Source: a bacterium (lineage in GTDB: Bacteria; UBA8248). Taken from it: a stretch of DNA of 64,000 nt. Positions within the stretch are counted from its first letter, which is position 1. Each line of letters opens with the position of its first letter. Shown piece by piece: positions 32,619 to 42,020 of this stretch. Location of the stretch: positions 64,001-128,000 of the forward strand of contig OZ241875.1 in NCBI GenBank assembly GCA_965203325.1. Reading direction: 5' to 3'. The position numbers were made by a program, and so were the translations under genes. Below the pieces are notes generated by a model, which ran no database searches, had not been told where the DNA came from, and saw only the letters and a list, made by a program, of their open reading frames with translations.

Positions 32619-32823
32619 AGAGCGATTCCTTCTGCTTGGGCGTCTGACCCGAAACTTTACGCGCCGCCCCACTCTTTGGCAAACGAGTGTGGCGAAGAGA
32701 GCGCAAAGGGGAGATGTTCCCTTGTCTGCGCTGCTCGCGTGACTTATGATGAATCCGGTTTTCAACACTTAAGGCAATCCATAATAATTTACCATTATAC
32801 CCTTAAATTCAATGAGGTATTTG

Positions 32824-35712
32824 ATGGAAGTTATTGCAACACTTGAGGAGGAATTGCGCGCAGCCATTGATGGCGAAGTACGCTTCGATGCGTATACGAG
32901 AAAAATATACAGCACCGATGCGAGCATGTACGAGATAGAACCCGTGGGCCTCGTATTGCCGAAAACGAACGACGACGTGCAAAAAACGCTTCGAATCGCC
33001 CAAAGACACAACGTCGCCATCCTGCCCCGTGGCGGCGGAACCAGCCTCGCCGGCCAGACCGTGGGCGAAGCGTTGATCCTCGATTTTTCCAAATACATGA
33101 ACCGGGTGCTTGAGGTGAACGCCGATGCGGAATGGGCGCGCATCCAACCCGGGCTGGTGCAGGATCATTTCAACGATTACCTGAGCCCGCACGGATTCGT
33201 CTTCGGCCCCAACACCTCGACGAGCAGCCGCGCCACCATCGGCGGCATGCTGGGGAACAACTCCTCGGGTTCGCGCTCCATCGTCTATGGGAAGACGGTG
33301 GATCACGTCATCGAAGTCTCCGGCTATTTCGCAGACGGAGAGCCTTTCTCTTTCGGGCCTCTGGATGCGGCGTCTCTCGAAGAACTCATGCGCGAGGATT
33401 CGCGAACAGGCGAGTTCCACAAGGCGCTCAAGGACATCGTGGACGAGCAGCGGGTGGAGATCGAGGACCGCTATCCCAACATCATGCGCCGCGTGAGCGG
33501 GTACAACCTCGATGAACTCGCCAGGGAGACGCAACCCTTCAACCTCGCCAAGCTCATGGTGGGCGCCGAGGGCACGCTGGCCGTGGTCACCGAAGCCAAG
33601 GTGCGCGTGTGTCCCAAGCCCAAGGCGCTCGGCGTCCTGGTAGTGCATTTCCACAGCATTGAGGAGGCCCTCGCCGCGAGCACCACCATTCTGGCCCACG
33701 ACGTGGCGGCGATAGAGATCATCGACCGTGTGATCATCGAACTCGCCAAGCAGAACCTCGAAGCGCAGCGCCTCATGGACAGCTTCGTCGTGGGCGATCC
33801 GGATTCTTTCCTGACAATCGAGTTTTTCGCCAAAAACGACGATGAAGCCAGGGAGAAAGTAATGCGCCTGCACGATGAACTCGAAGCGAAGAACATCGGC
33901 TACGCGCGCGTTCCGCTGGACGACCCCGCCCACAAGCAGGATTGCCTGAACATGCGCAAGGCGGGCCTGGGCTTTCTCCTCGGGCGCCGTGGCGACTGGA
34001 AGCCCTGCGCCTTCGTGGAAGACTGCGCGGTGGCCCCCGAACACCTCCTGGATTATTACCGGCATTTCGAAGCCATCATGAAGAAGTACAATACGGAAAC
34101 CTCCTACTACGGCCACACGAGCGTGGGCCTTCTGCATTTGCGCCCGCTCATCAACCTCAAAGAAGACGAGGAGATCGGGAAAATGGCCGCCATCGCCGAG
34201 GAGGTCGCAGACCTCGTGCTCGAATACGGTGGCGCCATGAGCGGAGAGCACGGCGACGGTCTGGCGAGAAGCCAGTGGGTGCCCAAGTTCTTCGGCGAGA
34301 AACTCTATGGGGCGTTCGTCGAGGTGAAGCGGCTCTTCGACCCCGAGAACCGGATGAACCCCGGCAAGATCGTGAACGCCCTCCCCTTCACCGAAAACCT
34401 TCGATTCGACGGCTCCTATAAGACGCCCGAAATACCGACCATCATGGATTTCTCGAGCGACGGCGGCTTCGCGCGCGCGATCGAGCTTTGCAACGGCGTG
34501 GGCGCGTGCCGCAAGCGAGACGGCACGATGTGCCCCTCCTACCAAGCGACGATGGAAGAAGAACATTCCACGCGCGGGCGGGCGAACGCGCTCAGAGAAG
34601 TCATCGCGAACGGAATCCCCGGCGAGGATCTAGGCAGCGAGCGGCTCTATGAGGTGCTGGACCTTTGCATCTCGTGCAAGGGCTGCAAGGCGGAGTGTCC
34701 CTCCAGCGTGGACATGGCGAAGATCAAGGCCGAGGTGCTCCAGGCCTACTACGACAAGAACGGCGTGCCCCTGCGCGTGCGGATGATGGGCCAAATCGCG
34801 CGCATCAACCGCCTGAGTATGCCCATGGCGCCGATCGTGAACTGGACGCAGGGGAACCGCTTCGTGCGTTCCCTGCTGGACAGGTTCTTGGGGGTCGACA
34901 AGCGAAGGAGGCTCCCTCCCCTCGTGACGCCCACCTTCGAGGAGTGGTTTAAGGGGCGGCCTTCCGCGCGAAACGGGGCCGGCGCGCGCGGAAAAATTTT
35001 GTTCTTAAACGATACGTTCACGAACTTCAATTACCCCGAAATCGGAAAAGCCGCCGTCAAGGTGCTGGAGGCGGCCGGCTTCGAGGTCGGGCTGGCGGAG
35101 ACGGGCTGCTGCGGACGCCCCATGATATCGCACGGCCTGTTGCGCGAGGGCCAGAAGCTGGCGGAGGAGAACATCACGAGGCTCTCCCCCGCCATAGAGG
35201 CGGGGCTTCCGATCATCGGCGTCGAGCCGAGTTGCCTGCTGACTTTTAGAGACGAATACCCGGACCTCGTCGCGGGCGATGCGGCCGGGCGTCTGGCGGA
35301 GAATTCCTGGATGCTGGAAGAATTCCTGCAAAGCCTGCATGAAAAAGGCGAACTCGACCTGAAATTCAAGACTCCGCAACAGCAAAAAGCCCTCTTCCAC
35401 GGGCACTGTCACCAGAAAGCGCTGGTGGGCACAGGGCCTTCCCTGGCGATGCTGGACATGATCCCCGATTTGGAGGTAACGCAGATACCTTCAGGCTGCT
35501 GCGGGATGGCCGGTTCGTTCGGCTACGAGAAGGAACACTTCGACATCTCTCTCGCCATCGGCGAGACGAAGCTCTTTCCCGCCCTGAGAGCAGGCGCAGA
35601 AGACGCGGCGACCATCGCCAACGGCGTCTCCTGCCGACAACAAATCGCTACCGGCGTCGGCAAGAAGGCTCTCCACATCGCCGAGGTGCTGGCCGACGCG
35701 CTGGATGAATAG
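32824..35712 (+). CDS. FAD-linked oxidase fused to Fe-S/CCG domains (GlcD-GlcF/YdiJ-like 2-hydroxyacid dehydrogenase)
   Basis: PRGGGTSLAGQ, SGEHGDG, CNGVGAC, CISCKGC, GCCG, HGHCH. Confidence 0.9.
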   Translation: MEVIATLEEELRAAIDGEVRFDAYTRKIYSTDASMYEIEPVGLVLPKTNDDVQKTLRIAQRHNVAILPRGGGTSLAGQTVGEALILDFSKYMNRVLEVNADAEWARIQPGLVQDHFNDYLSPHGFVFGPNTSTSSRATIGGMLGNNSSGSRSIVYGKTVDHVIEVSGYFADGEPFSFGPLDAASLEELMREDSRTGEFHKALKDIVDEQRVEIEDRYPNIMRRVSGYNLDELARETQPFNLAKLMVGAEGTLAVVTEAKVRVCPKPKALGVLVVHFHSIEEALAASTTILAHDVAAIEIIDRVIIELAKQNLEAQRLMDSFVVGDPDSFLTIEFFAKNDDEAREKVMRLHDELEAKNIGYARVPLDDPAHKQDCLNMRKAGLGFLLGRRGDWKPCAFVEDCAVAPEHLLDYYRHFEAIMKKYNTETSYYGHTSVGLLHLRPLINLKEDEEIGKMAAIAEEVADLVLEYGGAMSGEHGDGLARSQWVPKFFGEKLYGAFVEVKRLFDPENRMNPGKIVNALPFTENLRFDGSYKTPEIPTIMDFSSDGGFARAIELCNGVGACRKRDGTMCPSYQATMEEEHSTRGRANALREVIANGIPGEDLGSERLYEVLDLCISCKGCKAECPSSVDMAKIKAEVLQAYYDKNGVPLRVRMMGQIARINRLSMPMAPIVNWTQGNRFVRSLLDRFLGVDKRRRLPPLVTPTFEEWFKGRPSARNGAGARGKILFLNDTFTNFNYPEIGKAAVKVLEAAGFEVGLAETGCCGRPMISHGLLREGQKLAEENITRLSPAIEAGLPIIGVEPSCLLTFRDEYPDLVAGDAAGRLAENSWMLEEFLQSLHEKGELDLKFKTPQQQKALFHGHCHQKALVGTGPSLAMLDMIPDLEVTQIPSGCCGMAGSFGYEKEHFDISLAIGETKLFPALRAGAEDAATIANGVSCRQQIATGVGKKALHIAEVLADALDE

Positions 35713-35735
35713 ATTCTAAGCTATAAAACTAAATT

Positions 35736-35777
35736 ATAAACAATAAGATGAAAGAATATCTTCAAGTTATTGTTTAT
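35736..35777. terminator. AT-rich hairpin between convergent genes (possible bidirectional terminator)
   Basis: ATAAACAATAA ... TTATTGTTTAT perfect 11-bp inverted repeat. Confidence 0.4.
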
Positions 35778-35782
35778 GGTCC

Positions 35783-36877
35783 TTAGTCCGGGTTCCTTAT
35801 GACGGAACGCAGGGTTTCGCCGCGTTCCATCGCCTCGAAAGCGGGCTCCACGTCTTCCAGACCGATGACTTTCGTGACCATGCGGTCGAGGTCCAACTCC
35901 CCTTTTTCGTACCAGTCGGCGAGAAGCGGGAAATCCCTCGACGGCAGACAGTCCCCGTACCAGGAGACGCGCAGCGCGCCGCCCAGTCCGAAGAACTGGA
36001 GCATGGGCAATTCCATCATCATGTCGGGGGCCGGCACGCCGATGAGGGTGCAGGTTCCAGCGAGATCGCGCGACCACATCGCCTGCAGAAGCGTCTGGGG
36101 CGTTCCCACGGCTTCGAAGGAATAATCGACGCCGTTCCCGCCCGTGAGTTCCTTGATCGCTTCCACCGGGTCGGTTTCAGAGGCGTTGACGACGTCGGTG
36201 GCGCCGAATTCCCTGGCCCAGTCGAGCTTGTTATCGGCGATGTCGACGCCGATGATCTTCGCTGCGCGCGACATTTTAGCGCCCATGATGACGCTGCAGC
36301 CCACGCCGCCGCATCCATACACCGCCACGCTGCTCCCGCGCCGCACCTGCGCCGTATAAAGACAGGCGCCCACGCCCGTCATGACGCCGCAGCCGATAAG
36401 GCAGGCCTGCTCCGGCGTGCAGACGGTGGGCACTTTCACCGCCTGTTTCGCGGCAACGAGGGTGTGCGTGCAGAACGTGCCGATGCCGAGAGAAGGACTC
36501 ATAGGCCGGCCGTCTTTTTTCGCGTACATCTTCGAAGTCGCGTTCAGGCTGGCGGCGCATAGGTTGGGCTGGCCGATGGCGCAGAACCGGCAAAGGCCGC
36601 AGGGAGCGCGCCAAGCCAGAACGACGTAATCGCCCACGGCCAGGTCGGAGACGCCCTCCCCCACTTCCTGAACGATGCCGGAGCCTTCATGGCCGAGGAG
36701 GTAGGGAAATTCATCCCCGATTTTCCCGAGCTTGTAGTGCAAGTCCGTGTGGCAGACGCCGCTGGCCTGTATTTTCACCAGCACCTCGCCGGGACCCGGG
36801 GAGGCGAGTTCGATTTCCTCCACTTCCGTGCGTTCGCCCGCTGCTCTTGAAATCACGCCATGGCCGATGATGCTCAT
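35783..36877 (-). CDS. Zn-dependent dehydrogenase, S-(hydroxymethyl)mycothiol dehydrogenase (MscR)-like
   Basis: GVCHTD, GHEG, CxxCxxC, RDLAGT, SWYGDCLP.RDFP motifs typical of MscR. Confidence 0.85.
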   Translation of the reverse strand: MSIIGHGVISRAAGERTEVEEIELASPGPGEVLVKIQASGVCHTDLHYKLGKIGDEFPYLLGHEGSGIVQEVGEGVSDLAVGDYVVLAWRAPCGLCRFCAIGQPNLCAASLNATSKMYAKKDGRPMSPSLGIGTFCTHTLVAAKQAVKVPTVCTPEQACLIGCGVMTGVGACLYTAQVRRGSSVAVYGCGGVGCSVIMGAKMSRAAKIIGVDIADNKLDWAREFGATDVVNASETDPVEAIKELTGGNGVDYSFEAVGTPQTLLQAMWSRDLAGTCTLIGVPAPDMMMELPMLQFFGLGGALRVSWYGDCLPSRDFPLLADWYEKGELDLDRMVTKVIGLEDVEPAFEAMERGETLRSVIRNPD

Positions 36878-36995
36878 ACGCTTCCTCCCCGGTCGTATAT
36901 TCTCGGCGCGCCCGCTATAATGCGCCACGCAAACTGAAAATTTCCGTTAACGACTTTATTTTCTCCCACGAGGGATGATTGCGCAAGGAGACGAT

Positions 36996-38186
36996 ATGTC
37001 CGAAGAATGGTACCCGCGTTTTTCCGAGGCAGAAATGAGCAGGCGTCATGCGGCGGCGAAGGGCCTGATGGAAGATGAAGGGCTTGATGCGCTTCTGTTC
37101 TTCGGCATGGGCGGCACGAACCGGAACGCCCAGGCGAACATCTACTGGCTCTCGTGCTACCGGGATTTCAACCACTGCTATCTGATCTTCCCGAAAGACG
37201 GCCCCCCTTCCCTATTCACGGGCCTGTACAACCACCTGCACAACGCGCAGATGCAGTGCATCTTCGAGGACGTGCGCCACGGAGCGTACGGCAACCCCGA
37301 ACGCATGGCGGATCAGCTCGACGCCCTGGGGCTGGGGAACGCACGGGTCGGGCTGGTGGGAATCAACCCCCGCTTCAAGATACTGCTGCCCTTCGAGCAC
37401 ATGGACTACCTGTCAGAGCGCTTCCCCGAAGCGGAGTGGGTGGACGTGAGCGCCAGATTCCGGGACCTGCGGCTGATAAAGAGCGACGAGGAAATCGAAT
37501 GGCTGACCGAGGCGGCGCGGCTCACCGACCTCGCCATGGAAGCGGCCCGAATCCATGCGAAACCGGGGATTCCCGAGATCGAACTATCGGGCCGGATGGC
37601 CGCGGCGTTCCGGGAACAGGGCGGCGAGCAGATGGTGCAGTTCGTGACGGCCACGCCGATGGCGAATCCCCGCACGCCCGTTCCCTGGCAGAACCCCACG
37701 CTGAGAAAGCTCGAGGCGGGCGACGTGCTCATCATGGAGATCAGCGCTGCGTATTATGGCTATGCGGGCCAGAGCCTGCGCACCTTCACCATCGGAGCGG
37801 ACCCGACGCCGCCCTATCAGGCGCTGCTCGACGCCGCCGTCGAGGTGTACGAGGGCGTGGGCAAAACGATGAAGGCGGGCAACTCCGCCCAGGCCGTTTT
37901 CGAGGCCACCGACCCGCTGCCCGAACGGGGTTTCCAGATCTACGATTCACTCGCGCACGGTTTCGGCACGGACCTGCTGCAGCCTTCCATCGGCATCAGG
38001 GGCTCGAACTACCTCGCACCGCCGGCCGACTTCAAGTACCGCGAGAACATGGTGATGGTGATTCAGCCCAACCCCATGGACTCGGAAGGCCGCGGCGTGC
38101 AGATGGGCGATATGGGTATCGTCACCAGCGAGGGGTTCCGCTCCCTGCACACCTTCCCTATGCAGGCGTTCCGCTGCGACGGGTGA
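36996..38186 (+). CDS. M24/creatinase-fold hydrolase lacking most metal ligands
   Basis: Creatinase-like N-domain, RLIKSDEEI, GYAGQSLRT, HGFG, VIQPN. Confidence 0.8.
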   Translation: MSEEWYPRFSEAEMSRRHAAAKGLMEDEGLDALLFFGMGGTNRNAQANIYWLSCYRDFNHCYLIFPKDGPPSLFTGLYNHLHNAQMQCIFEDVRHGAYGNPERMADQLDALGLGNARVGLVGINPRFKILLPFEHMDYLSERFPEAEWVDVSARFRDLRLIKSDEEIEWLTEAARLTDLAMEAARIHAKPGIPEIELSGRMAAAFREQGGEQMVQFVTATPMANPRTPVPWQNPTLRKLEAGDVLIMEISAAYYGYAGQSLRTFTIGADPTPPYQALLDAAVEVYEGVGKTMKAGNSAQAVFEATDPLPERGFQIYDSLAHGFGTDLLQPSIGIRGSNYLAPPADFKYRENMVMVIQPNPMDSEGRGVQMGDMGIVTSEGFRSLHTFPMQAFRCDG

Positions 38187-38266
38187 TGATGCCTGTAGGA
38201 ATTGTGGAAAAATCTAGCATGCGACCACTACCGAACTCTCTCTCCACCAAGGAGAATTTCAAGTCC

Positions 38267-38287
38267 ACTCCCCCCTTGAGGGGGAGT
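38267..38287. repeat. Palindromic repeat ACTCCCCC-CTTGA-GGGGGAGT (partial copy at 42402-42416)
   Basis: 8-bp perfect stem; 15 bp shared with 42402-42416. Confidence 0.6.
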
Positions 38288-38350
38288 AGACCTTTCTCTT
38301 TCATCGGTCTCGTCAAACCCTCGTAAATCAAGGCTTTTCCAACGCCTCCT

Positions 38351-38815
38351 TCACTCTTCCTCGTAATACGCCCCGCTTCTGGTGCCGTCCACGGCATCGC
38401 CGGCCACGAAGTAGGTGGTGTCCTTCGAGGCGAAGTACAGGCAATCCTCATCGCCCGTGGTGACGCAATAGTGCTCCGCACCGGCCGGAATGTGGATCAC
38501 CTGCCCTGCCTCGGCGACTCCCTCCACGTCGCGCACCCGGTATTTGAGTTTCCCCTTGATCACATAGTTGAACTGCTCGTTCGCGTGGGTGTGGAGCCTC
38601 GACCCGGTGCCTTTCGGCTTGTTCACCAGCACCACCTGAAGCTTCTCTCCCCGCACGGCGCTGCCGACAGAAGACGAATAGTGAGGCCCTATCATGAACT
38701 GGTCCATCTCCTGCATGTTGAACAGGTAGTTTCCGGGCGTCGCCCTCACTACCTTCTCATGGGTCTCCTCGTGAATGTTCGCGTATTTCTTTTCATTTTC
38801 CGCTGCTTCGCTCAT
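38351..38815 (-). CDS. Cupin-domain protein (paralog 1)
   Basis: GTGSRLHTHANEQFN, IHIPAGAEH. Confidence 0.85.
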   Translation of the reverse strand: MSEAAENEKKYANIHEETHEKVVRATPGNYLFNMQEMDQFMIGPHYSSSVGSAVRGEKLQVVLVNKPKGTGSRLHTHANEQFNYVIKGKLKYRVRDVEGVAEAGQVIHIPAGAEHYCVTTGDEDCLYFASKDTTYFVAGDAVDGTRSGAYYEEE

Positions 38816-38853
38816 CGCGTAACTCCCGATCCAGAAAAAGAACGATCTGATTA

Positions 38854-39300
38854 TCACTCGATTGGTTCATGGCCCGCCTCGAAATGAGGGCCTGAATTCT
38901 CGCCGTCCACGGGTTCGCCGTACATGGCGTGCGAGGTGTCCTTTACCGCGTAGTATTCCGCGTCTCCCTTCCCGGTGGCGTAGGTGTAGTGCTCGACGTT
39001 CGCCGGAAAGTGAATCAAGGTTCCGGGGCCGGCCAGGCCCTCTACGTCGCCCACCCTGACTTGCAGTTCTCCTTTGATGACGAAGTTGAACTGCTCGTTC
39101 GGGTGCGTGTGAAGCCTCGACCCGGTGCCCGGCTTTTTCCGCACGAGGGCCACCTGCACGCGCTCGCCCTCCACGATGCCGCCGTGTCCTGATGAGTAGT
39201 GCCCGCCGATGGGCAGTTGCTCCATATCGGCGAGGTCATAGACGTAGCGCTCCTCTTCCGCCTTCACGGCGTGAATGCTATCTCCTTCCTGACGACTCAT
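38854..39300 (-). CDS. Cupin-domain protein (paralog 2)
   Basis: GTGSRLHTHPNEQFN, IHFPANVEH. Confidence 0.85.
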   Translation of the reverse strand: MSRQEGDSIHAVKAEEERYVYDLADMEQLPIGGHYSSGHGGIVEGERVQVALVRKKPGTGSRLHTHPNEQFNFVIKGELQVRVGDVEGLAGPGTLIHFPANVEHYTYATGKGDAEYYAVKDTSHAMYGEPVDGENSGPHFEAGHEPIE

Positions 39301-39499
39301 GCCTTTCCCCTTTCCCTGAAAAACGGTAATCCCTGTATTGCTTATGTCTGGATGGCTTACTTTAACGATGGCTGGGAAAACGCGCCACCCGTTTCGCCCG
39401 TTGCGGCACGGCGCATCCACGCATAGAATCCGGGCGTCTCAACTGCCACTTGAGATTACACAACAGACTTTTATTTCTTTTCATGCGAAGGAAAAATTC

Positions 39500-40114
39500 A
39501 TGGAATTCGTCATCAAGATTTACGACAGGCCGGAGGCGGCCGCATTGAGGGATGTCCACCGCAAGGCGCACCTGGATTACCTGAAGAGCTTCGACGACGC
39601 CACCCGCTTCGCCGGTCCGTTCCTGACCGACGACGGGAAGCTCGAACTGGGCAGCTTCCGCATCCTGGATTTGCCCGACCGCGCCGCCGCCGAAGAACAC
39701 GTGGCGAACGAGCCGTTCATCATCGAGGGGATTCAGGAGCGGCCCTCGGTTCACCGCTGGCGCGCCACCGTGCCCCATTCCTGGCGCGACTGTCCGAGAA
39801 AAGAAGGGAACCTCCAGTTCTACGTCCATGCGCTGGACAAGGCGGACGGGGGTGCGATTCGCAAGACCCTGCATGAAGAGCACGTGGCCTACCTGACCGA
39901 GCACGGCGATTCGGTGATGGTGCGCGGCCCCCTGGTCACCGATGACGGCGAGACCAGAAACGGCAGCGTGCTGCTGCTCGATTTCCCCGGCATTGAGGCG
40001 GCGCGGGCGTTCTGGGCGAAGGAGCCCTACAACCGCGCGGGCCTGTATGAGAGCGTGGAGTTCTACGCCTGGCGCTTCGGGCGGGTGTTCGACAGATTCA
40101 AGACGCCCGCGTGA
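39500..40114 (+). CDS. Tandem double YciI-domain protein
   Basis: Two repeats of R...H..H..YL / GP..TDDG...GS / EP(F/Y). Confidence 0.85.
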   Translation: MEFVIKIYDRPEAAALRDVHRKAHLDYLKSFDDATRFAGPFLTDDGKLELGSFRILDLPDRAAAEEHVANEPFIIEGIQERPSVHRWRATVPHSWRDCPRKEGNLQFYVHALDKADGGAIRKTLHEEHVAYLTEHGDSVMVRGPLVTDDGETRNGSVLLLDFPGIEAARAFWAKEPYNRAGLYESVEFYAWRFGRVFDRFKTPA

Positions 40115-40284
40115 GGGTATTGAAAAGCCTGGAGAGGGAAAATTTGTTTGTGTGTAGGGGCCGCACATAGGCTTTTGAAAAAGCACTGAGCGGCGACTGT
40201 AGGGACAGGCCTCTGTGCCTGTCCGAAACTCTGACAAAGGACAACCACGGAGGGTTGTCCCTACGGGGCTTTTTCACCAACCCC
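40114..40284. mobile_element. MITE-like element with degenerate TIRs carrying GTAG REP hairpins
   Basis: AGGGTATTGAAAAGCC...GGCTTTTTCACCAACCCC; left end shared with 51928; REPs at 40199-40224 and 40239-40264. Confidence 0.7.
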
Positions 40285-40296
40285 GTATCGTAATTC

Positions 40297-41757
40297 TCAC
40301 AGAATCTCGCCGGTGAACTCCGCTCGTACCCGCTCTTTGAGCGAGCGAACCGCCTTGAGCGACATCTTGAGGACCTGTTTCTCCCTTCTCGAGACAGCCG
40401 ACTTCCTCACGTAGCGCGTCGCTTTTTTGATGCGCCTGAAATCCCGGAGTTGCTGGCGCAGGAGCAAATAGGTCAGATGCTCCAGGGCGGCGTTGTAATC
40501 ATCGAACTCATCGTTGTTGAAAACCCCCGCCTTGTGGAGCAGACGGATGCGCTCGTAAGTGGAGGTCGCCTCCATGCCCTCTTTCAGGGCGAGCAGCCGG
40601 ACAGCCCCGACCAGGGGGAGGATGCCCCCGTGTTTCAGGTTCACGCCGGGGGGAAGGCCCTCCCCGACTTTCTCGGTGCGCAGCATGCCGAACAGGCCGA
40701 GGGCGACGTGCCTGTCGTCCTCGGTCTGGAACATCGCCTGGAGCACGGCGGGCTCTTTTTGCACGAAGGTCGTGGTGTGATCGCGCAATTCCCGCCCCAG
40801 GGAGATATCCCCGCAGGCGGTGTCGAAGTCGAAGAAGACGTCGCTCAACTGAACCTGGAACGTGCTTCTCTTCTGGAACCAGCGCAGGGTCTGGTGCTTC
40901 CACTCGGAGATCGATTTGCGCCAAAGCGGGTTCGTGGCCATCACGTTGCCGTCGCACAGGGGGAAGCCGATGGCTTCGAGATTCCAGGTCAGCAGTTCCG
41001 AGAACTGCATGAAGTAGTCGTTGACTTCGTTGTGCCGCTCCACGGGGTAGTCTTCGAGGATGATGCCGTTGTCCTGATCGGGGTTGATGAAGTTCTCGCC
41101 CCGTCCGCTCGAGCCCATGACGATCACGGCGAAGCGGACGGGCGGCGCGCCTCCGCCCGCCTTTTCGATGGTCTCCGTCACCTTTTCGGCCACGCGGCTG
41201 TAGATGTCGTTGTTCACGTGCGTGAGCAGCGCCTGGATTTCGGGCGCGGGGAGGTTGTCTTCGAGGAGTTCCTGCGCCACGACAGCCTGCACGGCTTTGA
41301 TCTCCTGCAAGCCGTAGAGCTCGGGGACCTGCGTGAGCGCGTCGATGTGCTCCACCACATGCGCGGCCGCTACGGCCATGGCGTCCTCTAAGTCGAGCAG
41401 GCCCAAGGGGCGGTTCGCCTCATCGACCACGGGCATGTGACGGTGGCCGAGGCGGCGCATGCGAGCGATGGTGTGGTAGAGGTAGTCCCCCTGTTTTGCG
41501 GAATAAACGCGGGGCGTCATCACCTGCTCTATCGTCTCCGTCCCGTCGCACCGCAGGGCGACGCGGCGCGTCACGTCTTTTTCCGTAAAGATGCCGGAGA
41601 GGGCTTTTTTCTCATCCGTCACGAGAACGCACGTAGCGCCCGTCTCCGCCATCCGGGAGATGACAATCCCGATATTCTCCGAAGCCGGGACGATGAGCGA
41701 TTCGGGTTTGAGGAAATCATCCACAAGGCAGGAGAAAATTCTCGTCTGGGATTTCAT
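40297..41757 (-). CDS. CBS-pair + DUF294 nucleotidyltransferase-like protein
   Basis: GIFTEKD, RHMPVVD, MGSSGRGE..PDQDNGI, CDGNVMATNPLW, NLKHGG. Confidence 0.9.
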   Translation of the reverse strand: MKSQTRIFSCLVDDFLKPESLIVPASENIGIVISRMAETGATCVLVTDEKKALSGIFTEKDVTRRVALRCDGTETIEQVMTPRVYSAKQGDYLYHTIARMRRLGHRHMPVVDEANRPLGLLDLEDAMAVAAAHVVEHIDALTQVPELYGLQEIKAVQAVVAQELLEDNLPAPEIQALLTHVNNDIYSRVAEKVTETIEKAGGGAPPVRFAVIVMGSSGRGENFINPDQDNGIILEDYPVERHNEVNDYFMQFSELLTWNLEAIGFPLCDGNVMATNPLWRKSISEWKHQTLRWFQKRSTFQVQLSDVFFDFDTACGDISLGRELRDHTTTFVQKEPAVLQAMFQTEDDRHVALGLFGMLRTEKVGEGLPPGVNLKHGGILPLVGAVRLLALKEGMEATSTYERIRLLHKAGVFNNDEFDDYNAALEHLTYLLLRQQLRDFRRIKKATRYVRKSAVSRREKQVLKMSLKAVRSLKERVRAEFTGEIL

Positions 41758-42020
41758 GGGTTTAGGTGCCCGTCTTTGCGGCGGATGTCCGGTGACGCCT
41801 TGGGGCTCACGGCGCGTAATGAGCCCATAGTATAGCTTAGTTCTTCATGTATTTGTCCAGGTAGGCGATGCGCATCTCTATCGCCGCCACGCAGGCGCGC
41901 GAGCCGTTCCAGCCACGGAAATAATCCAGTGCGTTTCGCCTCCTCCTCTAGTGTGAGAGAATCCCGTCTCCGGGAAGAAAGCTCCCTTGCCGCTCATCAG
42001 TTTGAGCAGAAGGAACGAAC

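Noticed and set aside
32619..32823. BirA operator upstream of bioB
   Set aside because: No TGTAAAC-N14-16-GTTTACA-like palindrome visible
32809..34566. 585-aa antisense ORF, and similar long shadows (9446-10618, 44959-46215, 46386-47828, 50092-51465, 54858-55883)
   Set aside because: Exactly antisense to well-supported genes; expected from GC-rich codon bias; no recognisable motifs
36996..39300. DMSP lyase cluster (DddP-like M24 plus cupin lyases)
   Set aside because: DddP needs a dinuclear metal site that is missing here; cupin HTHxNEQ motif is not DddK/W/Q-like
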